This document shows, piece after piece, positions 47,802 to 57,060 of a stretch of DNA of 64,000 nucleotides. Source of the stretch: Alphaproteobacteria bacterium (lineage in GTDB: Bacteria > Pseudomonadota > Alphaproteobacteria > RF32 > CAG-239); NCBI GenBank assembly GCA_017465945.1, contig JAFTVD010000008.1, positions 91,144-155,143 of the forward strand, written 5' to 3'. The notes beneath the pieces are model-generated. The model did not search any database. It was given only the letters and a program-made list of their open reading frames with translations, and was not told where the DNA came from. The position numbers and the translations under genes were made by a program. Within the stretch, counting starts at the first letter, position 1. Every line of letters starts with the position of its first letter.

Positions 47802-48962
47802 CTAATTACCAATTAATTTTCTAGTAATAAAATCTCTTAACCATAACAAATCATTAACAGGGATTCTACTTCCAAAAGAAATTATTTTTTCATCACTTAT
47901 AAGGGTTAAGCTATATCTATCTATTGCGGTATTGTAGTTTAATTCGATTCCTTCAATATCTTTTGTATCAATAGATGTTTTCTTCGTCTCGTTTCCGCAA
48001 ACTATATTATATACGATTATTTCTTTATCATTTAATAATATACGACAACTGCTAAACAGTCTTGTTGAAAAATAAACAGATGCTAAAAGAGATAAAGTTC
48101 CGATTATCCAATATTTTATAGGAACACTCATCCCAGTGAAAGTTAAATAAACCCCACCAAACATCAATACAAGAGCAAAGCAAATCGCAATAAATAAGAA
48201 TAAAGAGCTAAAAGTATCCCAATAAAGACCAGAAGGCTCAATAGATGTTGATTTAAGGTCATCATCTATTTTTAATGACTGAGGAGCAGGGTACTTTCCT
48301 CCTGCTATAAAAGGGAGTTTACCTTCATCAGATAATTCTTTTATTGATTTATCTAAGTCCGTATAATCACGCTTTACAATTCCTCGTTCATTAATATTAA
48401 TAGCAGGTAACTTAAAGGCGCTAGCATAACTTTCCCATATTTTTCTAATGTTTTTTCCATTTGTCGATATGTAAAGGGGGACTATTTTACTTGCATCTTC
48501 ATGATATAAGTCAATTATGTATCTGTTTTTATTAAATAGATTATTTTGAGTGAAAAGAACTCTTAATCTAACACCAATATAACCACTAAGCGCAACTTTT
48601 TCATGATGTTTTATCCCAATAGAAGGTTTGTATGTTATTTCAAAATCCTCACCATCAAAAGCAAACTTTTTATAACGAATAATTGAAAATATCGAATTTA
48701 TAATCACACCTATCGCAATAGCAATCACAATAAGAGCAAAAATTTCAACAGTGAAAAAAGAAAAATCACTATTTTTTTCAGCCTTTAAGAATGTAAACAT
48801 TTCAAAAATACCAAGGGCTAGTAAGGCAACACCACATATAGCACTTAAAACAGATTTTATTAAAGATGTGCGATCTGTTTTGCGTGTTGGTAATTTCGAA
48901 ATATCAAATTTAAAATTAGAACTAAAATGATCAGGGCTGTATTTTAACATAAAAAACTCCAC
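47802..48962 (-). CDS. membrane protein with internally duplicated (2 TM + soluble ~100 aa, bPH-like) architecture
   Basis: There are two hydrophobic hairpins (aa ~35-95 and ~255-300). Each is followed by a soluble segment. The start may be 48950. Confidence 0.55.
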   Translation of the reverse strand: MEFFMLKYSPDHFSSNFKFDISKLPTRKTDRTSLIKSVLSAICGVALLALGIFEMFTFLKAEKNSDFSFFTVEIFALIVIAIAIGVIINSIFSIIRYKKFAFDGEDFEITYKPSIGIKHHEKVALSGYIGVRLRVLFTQNNLFNKNRYIIDLYHEDASKIVPLYISTNGKNIRKIWESYASAFKLPAININERGIVKRDYTDLDKSIKELSDEGKLPFIAGGKYPAPQSLKIDDDLKSTSIEPSGLYWDTFSSLFLFIAICFALVLMFGGVYLTFTGMSVPIKYWIIGTLSLLASVYFSTRLFSSCRILLNDKEIIVYNIVCGNETKKTSIDTKDIEGIELNYNTAIDRYSLTLISDEKIISFGSRIPVNDLLWLRDFITRKLIGN

Positions 48963-49103
48963 ATAACAACTTTAACATAATATACATTATATATCATAAA
49001 AAAAAATATTCACCTATTTTTTTATCCTTATATGAAAATATTTAAAACTTTATCTTGTTTTTATGCGTTTATTTTGTTAATAGAATATAAAAAGAGAGGA
49101 AAA

Positions 49104-50249
49104 ATGCAAAATAAAGAATGTAAAACTTGTGGTGGATGTCCTTTACGAAATCTTGAATTAAATGACTATCGTAGTCAAAAAATAGATGAGTTTAAAAAGG
49201 TTTTATCATCTATAAAAGAAAATGATTTTTTAATTGATGAGCCAATATTTATTGAAGATGGTCTAAGACGTCGTGCAGAAATGGCATTTTGCTACGAAAA
49301 TAAAGAATTAAAACTAGGGTTTAATGAAGCGCAAAGTTCTAATATTGTTGATTTAAACAAATGTATGATGTTAGATGCTTCATTAAACAAGTTATTGCCA
49401 ATTTTGCATAATTTTTTAGAGGATATTATTTCGATTCCTGTTATGATAAGTGCCAAGAAAAAACGTGTTGAAAGAGTTTTTATCAAAAAAGGAAGTGTCC
49501 GCTTACTAAAAGCAGATAACGGAATAGATATTTTGCTTATTATTGATAATGCCCCCAATGTTGAGCATAGAATGTTAATAGCAGAATTTGTTAATTCTAA
49601 CCAAGACGTTTTGCGAGTTTCTTGGCAAGAAAAAAATAAAAAACCAGAAGATATTGTAACTAAATCTGTACCTATGTTAAACATAAAAGGTTATGAGATA
49701 GCTATTCCTCAAGGAGCTTTTTTGCAAGCATCAAAAGATGCAGAAAATAAAATGATAGATAAGGTTATGGAATATCTAGATAATACATCAGGAAAGATAA
49801 TGGATTTATTTTGTGGTTTAGGCACATTTACATACCCGTTATCGTTAAATAAAAATAACGAAATAATTTCAGTCGATTCGTCAGATGTCTCTCTAAAAGG
49901 ATTAGAGAAAGCATTGGCTGTAAATCAAATACACAATGTAAAAGTGATAAATAAAAATTTATTTAAATATCCATTAGAAAAAGATGACTTCAATAACATA
50001 AAAGCTATTGTTATAGACCCTCCAAGAGCAGGAGCTCACGAACAATGTCGAGAAATTTTAAAATTAAATAATGAACAAAAGCCTCAAAAAATAGTATTTG
50101 TTTCTTGCAATCCTAAAACCTTTGTTTATGATGCAAATGTGTTGATAGAGGCAAATTATAATTTTGAAAGGGTTACATTAGTAGACCAATTTGTATATTC
50201 AAATCATATGGAACTAATCGCTCTATTTACGCTAAACCAAGATAAATAA
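49104..50249 (+). CDS. SAM-dependent RNA (uracil-5)-methyltransferase, RlmD/TrmA family, with Cys cluster
   Basis: The start is set at MQNKECKTCGGCPLRNL, which has a GAGAGGA RBS. Motif IV is VIDPPRAGA and the C-terminal motif is VSCNPKTF. Confidence 0.8.
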   Translation: MQNKECKTCGGCPLRNLELNDYRSQKIDEFKKVLSSIKENDFLIDEPIFIEDGLRRRAEMAFCYENKELKLGFNEAQSSNIVDLNKCMMLDASLNKLLPILHNFLEDIISIPVMISAKKKRVERVFIKKGSVRLLKADNGIDILLIIDNAPNVEHRMLIAEFVNSNQDVLRVSWQEKNKKPEDIVTKSVPMLNIKGYEIAIPQGAFLQASKDAENKMIDKVMEYLDNTSGKIMDLFCGLGTFTYPLSLNKNNEIISVDSSDVSLKGLEKALAVNQIHNVKVINKNLFKYPLEKDDFNNIKAIVIDPPRAGAHEQCREILKLNNEQKPQKIVFVSCNPKTFVYDANVLIEANYNFERVTLVDQFVYSNHMELIALFTLNQDK

Positions 50250-50259
50250 AGGAGTTAAA

Positions 50260-52215
50260 ATGATAGATTCTTCTCACTTAAAAGATATGGCAAATGCAAT
50301 AAGGTTTTTATCAGCAGATGCTATAAATAAATCAAACTCAGGACATCCTGGAATGCCTCTTGGTATGGCAGATGTAGCAACAGTTTTATTTGGTGAATAC
50401 ATAAAATTAAATCCAAATGCTCCAAAATGGTTTGATAGAGATAGGTTTGTTCTATCTGCAGGTCATGGATCTATGTTGTTATATTCTTTATTATATCTTA
50501 CAGGTTACAAAGATATAACAATAGAAGATATTAAAAATTTTCGTCAATTTGGTTCTTCAACAGCAGGACATCCTGAATATGGTCACCTTGATGGTATAGA
50601 TATGACAACAGGTCCTCTAGGGCAAGGTATCTCATCAGCTGTAGGTATGGCTCTTGCTGAAAGAATGATTAATGCAAAATATGGTCAAGAGTTGTGTAGC
50701 CATTACACATATGTTATAGCCGGTGATGGTTGTTTAATGGAAGGAATTTCAGAAGAAGCAGCATCACTTGCAGGACATCTTTCATTAAATAAGCTCATAG
50801 TATTTTGGGATAATAACAATATTACAATAGATGGTACAGTTGATAAATCTAGCTCTACTAACCAATTACAACGTTTTGAAGCTATGGGGTGGAATACTAT
50901 AAGTATCAATGGACATGATTACCAAGAAATACGAAATGCTATTGAACAAGCACAAAAATCCACAAAACCAACATTAATAGCTTGTAAAACAACAATAGGT
51001 TATGGAGCGCCAACAAAATGTGGAACTTCTAAATGTCATGGTTCGCCTCTTGGAGAAGAAGAAACATCTGCAATGCGTAAAGCTTTAGGCTGGAACTATG
51101 AACCTTTTGAAGTGCCTTTAGAAATATTAAATAGATGGCGTCAAACACAAAATCGTAATCTTATAAAATATAATACATGGGTGCAAAATGCTACTCAAAA
51201 TTCTGAATTTAGAGATTTTATAGCCAATAAGCTCCCACCACTTTGGGACAAAGAGTTAAATGCACTAAAAGAAAAATCAATTTTAGAACAAACAAAAGTT
51301 GCAACTCGTAAAGCATCTGAAATGTGCTTAAAAGCAATAGTGCCAAATATTCCAGAGATAGTTGGAGGGTCTGCAGACCTTGCTGCATCAAATTTAACAT
51401 TTGTAGAAGGCTTAAAAACTATAACAAAAGAAGACTATTCTGGCAACAATGTTATGTACGGTATACGTGAACATGCAATGGGCGCAATAATGAACGGATT
51501 GGCTCTTCATGGAGGTGCAATACCATATGGTGGTACATTCTTTGTCTTCTCTGATTATCTTCGTCCATCAATGCGTTTAGCAGCCCTAATGGGATTAAGA
51601 GTTGTATATGTTTTAACTCACGATTCTATTGGTGTTGGCGAAGATGGTCCAACACATCAACCGATAGAACATCTTGCCTCATATCGAGCAATGCCTAACA
51701 TTTTAACTTTTAGACCATGTGATGTTGTTGAAACCGCAGAATGCTGGCAGATATCATTAACAGAAGAAAAAAGACCAAGTATATTGGTATTATCTCGTCA
51801 AAATTTACCAATGCTAAGAGATAAAGCAGATAAAAATATGGCATTAAAAGGTGCTTATGTTATTTCTCCTGCTAAAAATAAACGCCAAGCAACAATAATT
51901 GCAACAGGTTCAGAGGTATCTCTTGCTGTAGATGCACAAAAAATATTACAACAAAAAGGAATTGATATTGCGGTTGTTTCAATGCCTTGTATGGAATTGT
52001 TTGAGGAACAAAGCCTAAATTATCAATTAGAAGTTTTAGGAACTGCTCCTGTTATAAGTGTTGAAGCGGCAGCAACATTTGGCTGGAATAGATATGCTCA
52101 AAAAACTATAGGTATAGATACTTTTGGCGCATCAGCCCCAGCATCAAAATTGTATGAATATTTTGGTTTAACGGCCGATAATATAGCATCAGAAATTGAG
52201 GATTTAATCGCTTGA
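50260..52215 (+). CDS. tkt: transketolase
   Basis: 651 aa with SGHPGMPLGMADV, GDGCLMEGISEEA and THDSIGVGEDGPTHQP. Confidence 0.95.
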   Translation: MIDSSHLKDMANAIRFLSADAINKSNSGHPGMPLGMADVATVLFGEYIKLNPNAPKWFDRDRFVLSAGHGSMLLYSLLYLTGYKDITIEDIKNFRQFGSSTAGHPEYGHLDGIDMTTGPLGQGISSAVGMALAERMINAKYGQELCSHYTYVIAGDGCLMEGISEEAASLAGHLSLNKLIVFWDNNNITIDGTVDKSSSTNQLQRFEAMGWNTISINGHDYQEIRNAIEQAQKSTKPTLIACKTTIGYGAPTKCGTSKCHGSPLGEEETSAMRKALGWNYEPFEVPLEILNRWRQTQNRNLIKYNTWVQNATQNSEFRDFIANKLPPLWDKELNALKEKSILEQTKVATRKASEMCLKAIVPNIPEIVGGSADLAASNLTFVEGLKTITKEDYSGNNVMYGIREHAMGAIMNGLALHGGAIPYGGTFFVFSDYLRPSMRLAALMGLRVVYVLTHDSIGVGEDGPTHQPIEHLASYRAMPNILTFRPCDVVETAECWQISLTEEKRPSILVLSRQNLPMLRDKADKNMALKGAYVISPAKNKRQATIIATGSEVSLAVDAQKILQQKGIDIAVVSMPCMELFEEQSLNYQLEVLGTAPVISVEAAATFGWNRYAQKTIGIDTFGASAPASKLYEYFGLTADNIASEIEDLIA

Positions 52216-52742
52216 ATATAAAAAAAATAAATCTTCTTGTAGCACTTTTATGTATTGTGATAGGCACTTGTTTTGGCTATTTTGCAACATTTTTTTGTGG
52301 CAAGTGTTTAGTGATTAATTCGCGAAAAGATGCTTTTTATGGTAAGCTAGCAATAGAACTAGAAAAAGAAATGAAACATATTGGTTATAATTTTAATTGT
52401 CCTAATTTTCTACCTAAAACAATTATTGATTTCACATATACCAATAGTAATATTTATTACCAAAACCGACGTAATAAAAGGGCTATAGATACTAATATCG
52501 TTTTAGTAGCTGATTGTTTTGAAGCTTTTGATATAGAATTTTTAAAAGAATATGATTTTATGTTAGCAGTAGCAGAATATCGTTTTGGGTATTTGGCAAT
52601 GTTTAATTTTAAGGGTGTTCATTTCCCATTAAAAGATCGTCCTTTCAAAAAATTTTGTGATACTCAATATGAACAAGAGAACATAGATATTAAAGATGTA
52701 GCTAGTCAATTAGATGATATAATTCAAAGGGAAAAGCGCTAA
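52212..52742 (+). CDS. membrane-anchored hypothetical protein resembling the N-terminal half of the downstream glycosyltransferase-like protein
   Basis: The TTG start overlaps the tkt stop (GCTTGA). An N-terminal TM is present. EYDFMLAVAEYRFGYLAMFNFKGVHFP compares with FYDALAVASKPYTEKLKRKGFKAYYVP in the next ORF. Confidence 0.5.
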   Translation: MNIKKINLLVALLCIVIGTCFGYFATFFCGKCLVINSRKDAFYGKLAIELEKEMKHIGYNFNCPNFLPKTIIDFTYTNSNIYYQNRRNKRAIDTNIVLVADCFEAFDIEFLKEYDFMLAVAEYRFGYLAMFNFKGVHFPLKDRPFKKFCDTQYEQENIDIKDVASQLDDIIQREKR

Positions 52743-53821
52743 TGAAAAAAATATTTATATATCTATTTATTTTTTTATTGAGCATTGCAACAGGTATTTT
52801 GCTATACAAACACCAAATTTCTAAATTTTTTATCATATCTCAAAATAGCGAACTTAAATTCTCAGTTCCAATTCAAAATAATGCAGTTACAATTAATAGT
52901 TGCGTTGAAGAAGAGACATCTATTGGTGAAGTTTTTTTAGGTAAAGCACTTAAAAGCGCATTAGAAGAAAAATATAAAGATGTATCTATTGATTATCGTT
53001 TAAATATGTATCCTGAAAATAAGAATGATGAAATTCACATATATCTAAGAGGATATTTTAAATTTTTGCCACCATTTCCAGATGATAAACACATAAATAT
53101 TGCTTATATCATATATCCATTATTTTACACTCAGTATGATAAAAGTATGATAAAAAATAGAGATAAAATTACAATGGATACTCTAAAATATGGAAATATA
53201 GCTGTAGATGAATTGCAGTTTTATGATGCACTAGCTGTTGCATCAAAGCCATATACAGAAAAATTAAAAAGAAAAGGTTTTAAGGCGTATTATGTTCCAC
53301 AATTTACTAACACAGATATTTTTTATAGAAACCCAAAAGACGAATTAAAAAGCGAAGTTCTTTTTGTTGGAACAAAGCGACAATACGGTTCAGCAGATAT
53401 GGCGCTAAAACATAATATACCAATTACAATATATGGCCCAGCATGGGGAGGGGTATCTAAAAAAGAATATATAAATAATGAAGAATTACACAAATATTAT
53501 AGTTCTGCAAAAATAGTTCTAAATGATCATCGTGAAGATATGAGGACAAATGGTTTTATAAATAATAGGGTGTATGATGTAACAGCAACAGGTACCTTGT
53601 TAATATCTGATTATATGCCAGAAATAGAAGAAGCATATGGTGATAGTATACCTATGTATAAAACAGAAGAGGAGCTCATTGAACTTATAAATTATTATTT
53701 AACGCATGACAAAGAAAGACAGGATAAGGCGCAAAGAGCTCAAGAAATTACACTAAAAAATTTTACCCAAAAAAATATAGGAAAGTATTTTTATGATATA
53801 ATAGAAAAACAAAGAAAATAA
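52742..53821 (+). CDS. CgeB-like / DUF3880-type glycosyltransferase (GT1-like C-terminal domain), N-terminal TM
   Basis: The pattern YYSSAKIVLNDHREDMRTNGFINNRVYDVTATGTLLISDYMPEIEEAYGDSIPMY.TEEEL matches the CgeB-family Glyco_trans_1_2 tail. A TAATG overlap links it to the upstream ORF. Confidence 0.6.
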   Translation: MKKIFIYLFIFLLSIATGILLYKHQISKFFIISQNSELKFSVPIQNNAVTINSCVEEETSIGEVFLGKALKSALEEKYKDVSIDYRLNMYPENKNDEIHIYLRGYFKFLPPFPDDKHINIAYIIYPLFYTQYDKSMIKNRDKITMDTLKYGNIAVDELQFYDALAVASKPYTEKLKRKGFKAYYVPQFTNTDIFYRNPKDELKSEVLFVGTKRQYGSADMALKHNIPITIYGPAWGGVSKKEYINNEELHKYYSSAKIVLNDHREDMRTNGFINNRVYDVTATGTLLISDYMPEIEEAYGDSIPMYKTEEELIELINYYLTHDKERQDKAQRAQEITLKNFTQKNIGKYFYDIIEKQRK

Positions 53822-53823
53822 GA

Positions 53824-54513
53824 CTATTTTTCAACTCTCTTATATTTTCTCTTTTTTGTTTCTTCTTTATAATTAAAGTCAAAATAAAATTCATCAAACT
53901 CATTTATTTCACTTTTTCTTTTATTTTCTCTTTTTATTTGTTTTAATGCTCTATTTCTATTTAGGTTATTAGCTCTTCCTCTGACACCAGTAGTTCCTTT
54001 TGCCATAAAGGTCGTATCAACATATATTTTTTTACCTTTATAAACAAAATAATTCCAAGCATGTCCAGAGTTTTCTTTTACCTTTGATGTTAAACGTACT
54101 CCATCTGGATATGTATAACCAGTTACATAATATGCTTTAATTCCGGCCTTTTTACACATTTCCTTAAATAATTCAGCAAAATCACCGCATATACCAACTC
54201 TAGATTTAATCAACTCTTTAGGAGATTGTCCCTTATACTTATTTCTTAATTTTGTTGCTCCACCATTGTTATACAAATATTCGTCATAATTAATTCTGCT
54301 TGCAATCCAAAAAGCAATAGCTTTAGCTTTATCATAATCGTCATCAAGGGGTTTTACTAAGAAGGAAACTAGTGTTGATATGTTATTTTCATATTTTCTA
54401 GGAGTTTTATTTACATACCTCTCGATTCTATCTGAACTATAATGAAAAGCATAAACATCATAAGAATATGATGTAAAACAGAGTAAAAAAACACAAAAAA
54501 GAAAGGATTTCAT
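53824..54513 (-). CDS. secreted transglutaminase-like cysteine protease-fold protein
   Basis: A signal peptide is present. The Cys-His-Asp triad context is GICGDFAELF, SGHAWNYF and YVDTT. The C-terminal tail is basic. Confidence 0.7.
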   Translation of the reverse strand: MKSFLFCVFLLCFTSYSYDVYAFHYSSDRIERYVNKTPRKYENNISTLVSFLVKPLDDDYDKAKAIAFWIASRINYDEYLYNNGGATKLRNKYKGQSPKELIKSRVGICGDFAELFKEMCKKAGIKAYYVTGYTYPDGVRLTSKVKENSGHAWNYFVYKGKKIYVDTTFMAKGTTGVRGRANNLNRNRALKQIKRENKRKSEINEFDEFYFDFNYKEETKKRKYKRVEK

Positions 54514-54663
54514 CTTAATTTCCTTAAAAAAACACCTAAAAAATAATAAAATATAAAATTTTAAAAAACGATTAATTAAACAAAATTAAATAAAAACAAT
54601 ATGTTGACAAATGGTATTATAATACCATTATATAATATATTGAAAATACGTAAAATTTTTTAG

Positions 54664-54691
54664 TTGACATTTATATTTTTATAAGTATATT
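54664..54691 (+). promoter_or_regulatory. sigma70-like promoter TTGACA-16-TATATT for rplM-rpsI
   Basis: TTGACA is at 54664-54669 and TATATT at 54686-54691. It sits about 45 nt upstream of the rplM ATG. Confidence 0.5.
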
Positions 54692-54738
54692 TAGCCACGA
54701 ATTTAACATAAATTTTTTTTATTGGAAAGATTAGTAAT

Positions 54739-55206
54739 ATGAATACATACGCTACAAAGCCGTCTGATATTACAAGAAAATGGTATGTTGTTGACGCAAC
54801 AGACGTTGTATTAGGCCGTCTTGCTGCACAAGTTTCTATACTTTTACGCGGTAAACACAAAGCTTACTACACTCCAAACTTAGATTGCGGAGATTATGTT
54901 GTTGTTATCAATGCTGACAAAGTAAAATTGACAGGCAAAAAATTAACAGATAAGAAATACTACAAACATACAGGATATATTGGTGGTATCAAAGAAACAA
55001 CAGCAGGCAAACTTCTTGATGGTCGTTTCCCAGAAAGAGTTATCGTAAAAGCTGTTGAACGCATGATTACTCGTAACCCAATGGGTCGTCAACAAATGAC
55101 AAAGTTAAAAGTATATGCTGGTGAAAATCACCCACATGCTGCACAAAATCCTGAAGTTTTAGATATCGCATCTAAAAATCCAAAAAACAAAAGGAGTGAA
55201 TTGTAA
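54739..55206 (+). CDS. rplM: 50S ribosomal protein L13
   Basis: 155 aa with [16 protein letters not shown]. Confidence 0.95.
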   Translation: MNTYATKPSDITRKWYVVDATDVVLGRLAAQVSILLRGKHKAYYTPNLDCGDYVVVINADKVKLTGKKLTDKKYYKHTGYIGGIKETTAGKLLDGRFPERVIVKAVERMITRNPMGRQQMTKLKVYAGENHPHAAQNPEVLDIASKNPKNKRSEL

Positions 55207-55691
55207 TGGCTACTAAGAAAATTGAATCTTTAACAGAAATTAAAGAAGCTGTTGCTGCAACTTCTGCTGTTGCTGAAACAAAACGTAAACCTTCACGTGA
55301 TAAACAAGGTCGTTCTTATGCAACAGGTAAAAGAAAAAATGCTGTTGCTCGCGTATGGATTATGCCAGGTAAAGGTAACATCACAATTAACGATAAACCA
55401 ATTGATACATATTTTGCACGTCCAGTGTTAAAAATGATTATCAATCAACCATTTGAAATTACAAATCGTGAAAATGAATTTGACGTAGTTTGTACAGTTC
55501 AAGGCGGTGGTTTGTCTGGTCAAGCTGGTGCTATCAAACACGGTATTTCTAAAGCATTAAACGAATATGAACCAGAATTACGTACAGTATTAAAACAAGC
55601 TGGTTTCTTAACTCGTGATGATCGTGTTGTAGAACGTAAGAAATATGGTCGTGCGAAAGCTCGTCGTTCTTACCAATTCTCTAAACGTTAA
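55206..55691 (+). CDS. rpsI: 30S ribosomal protein S9
   Basis: 161 aa with [19 protein letters not shown] and the ending ...[11 protein letters not shown]. Confidence 0.95.
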   Translation: MATKKIESLTEIKEAVAATSAVAETKRKPSRDKQGRSYATGKRKNAVARVWIMPGKGNITINDKPIDTYFARPVLKMIINQPFEITNRENEFDVVCTVQGGGLSGQAGAIKHGISKALNEYEPELRTVLKQAGFLTRDDRVVERKKYGRAKARRSYQFSKR

Positions 55692-55717
55692 TCGTTTTAT
55701 AGAATACGAACAATTAA

Positions 55718-55744
55718 AAGGGTGCTTATTGGCATCCTTTTTTT
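55718..55744 (+). terminator. intrinsic terminator after rpsI
   Basis: Hairpin AAGGGTGC-ttattg-GCATCCTT (one G:U pair) is followed by a T-run. Confidence 0.65.
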
Positions 55745-55829
55745 ATATAAAATCTTGATTTTAAAATAAACAATGTTAGTATTGGGCATCTAATAAAATT
55801 ATTATGTTAAATCATTAAATTTAAAAATT

Positions 55830-56144
55830 ATGGCAATGAAAGTTTTAACTGGAGAAATTGCTTCTCAACCAACCGTTGTAACACTGGATTGTGCAGGATG
55901 TATCATAGTGTATGTCTTAATTAAAATTGATGGAGTATATAAAAAATTCTATCGTATGGAAGGTATAAGATATAAACCAGATACTGGAGTATCTTTGCCA
56001 ACCTCTACATTTTCCAACATTCTTGTTTCATCTATTGGAGACAATGTTTGTGTTCAAGTATCATCTTCAAAAATGGATGATGACAAAACATTTATCTACG
56101 ACTTTGCAAATGAGACACGAGGCATTGGAAAAATTGATAAGTAA
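55830..56144 (+). CDS. small orphan protein A (paralog of 56167..56433; possibly OB-fold-like)
   Basis: 104 aa. MKVLTGEIASQPTVV, FSNILVSSIGDNVCVQV and KTFIYDF align with B. Confidence 0.55.
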   Translation: MAMKVLTGEIASQPTVVTLDCAGCIIVYVLIKIDGVYKKFYRMEGIRYKPDTGVSLPTSTFSNILVSSIGDNVCVQVSSSKMDDDKTFIYDFANETRGIGKIDK

Positions 56145-56166
56145 ATAACCATTAAAATTTTATATT

Positions 56167-56433
56167 ATGAAAAAAATCACAGGTAAACTCATAAGTACAC
56201 CCGTTGTTTTAAAAGATGGCTACACTGCAATTGTATTGATTATGGTAGAAACTCAAAAAGGTTGTCAAGAGTTTTATAAAGATCATACCATTACAGAGGT
56301 TGCAAAACTCATCAATTCAGACTTTTCTAAAGTGGCATTATCTACCATAGGTGATATTGTTGAATTTGATGCTGAAACAACTTCATCTGGTAAGAGAATT
56401 TGGCACTTCAAAAACATAACTCATAATTTTTAA
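56167..56433 (+). CDS. small orphan protein B (paralog of A)
   Basis: 88 aa. MKKITGKLISTPVVL, FSKVALSTIGDIVEFDA and KRIWHFKNI align with A. Confidence 0.55.
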   Translation: MKKITGKLISTPVVLKDGYTAIVLIMVETQKGCQEFYKDHTITEVAKLINSDFSKVALSTIGDIVEFDAETTSSGKRIWHFKNITHNF

Positions 56434-56464
56434 CAAAGTAGTTTTTGAATTTGTAAAAGAAAAA

Positions 56465-56490
56465 AGAGTAACTTTGGTTACTCTTTTTTT
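56465..56490 (+). terminator. intrinsic terminator after the A/B pair
   Basis: Hairpin AGAGTAAC-tttg-GTTACTCT is followed by TTTTTT. Confidence 0.7.
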
Positions 56491-56521
56491 GTATATAAGA
56501 AATATGTGCATTCTATAAAGC

Positions 56522-56549
56522 TTGACATTGAAACAATTACCTCTAAAAT
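56522..56549 (+). promoter_or_regulatory. sigma70-like promoter TTGACA-16-TAAAAT
   Basis: TTGACA is at 56522-56527 and TAAAAT at 56544-56549, upstream of the 143-aa ORF. Confidence 0.55.
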
Positions 56550-56584
56550 AACAATCAATATATGAATTATTTAAAATTATAATT

Positions 56585-57016
56585 ATGGAAAATAAAATTA
56601 AAAAGTTTATTGATTATCTTGAAAAAAATATGAAGGTAAAACTTTCATTTAAAAATGATAATTTTTACTATTTTATATTTGTTGGTGTAAGTGATGTTCA
56701 GGGTTCAGCAGCGTACATACCAGGTGCAAAGCATCAAGCAGGTATCGGATATGAAGATTTGCAAGTTTTGGTTGAGTATCCAACCATTCCAAACAAGAGA
56801 AAGTTCGCATTTCATGGTCATAGAATGATTGCTGACATGTTATCAAAAATATACGGAGGTTATGTGTCGTTAAATCTTTATTGGGATTTAGATAATAGAC
56901 CAAATGCAAGCGGACATAATCCGTTTGGTTTTAATCCTAAACTCTATAATGTTGATAATATTGATGCACATGTTATAGCTAAACAAGCAACACACTTGCT
57001 AAAAAGTATATCATAA
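56585..57016 (+). CDS. orphan protein C (143 aa)
   Basis: The ORF is clean with its own promoter and terminator. I see no recognisable motifs. His/Gly-containing segments include FAFHGHRMIADML and NASGHNPFGFNP. Confidence 0.55.
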   Translation: MENKIKKFIDYLEKNMKVKLSFKNDNFYYFIFVGVSDVQGSAAYIPGAKHQAGIGYEDLQVLVEYPTIPNKRKFAFHGHRMIADMLSKIYGGYVSLNLYWDLDNRPNASGHNPFGFNPKLYNVDNIDAHVIAKQATHLLKSIS

Positions 57017-57017
57017 G

Positions 57018-57056
57018 AAAAAACTCCCTTAACTATCAAAGTTAAGGGAGTTTTTT
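57018..57056. terminator. bidirectional intrinsic terminator
   Basis: The sequence is AAAAA-ACTCCCTTAAC-tatcaaa-GTTAAGGGAGT-TTTTT. It lies between convergent C and D. Confidence 0.8.
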
Positions 57057-57060
57057 AGTG

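Noticed and set aside
54660-54860. 66-aa minus-strand ORF overlapping the rplM start
   Set aside because: It overlaps the rplM promoter and CDS and is not credible.
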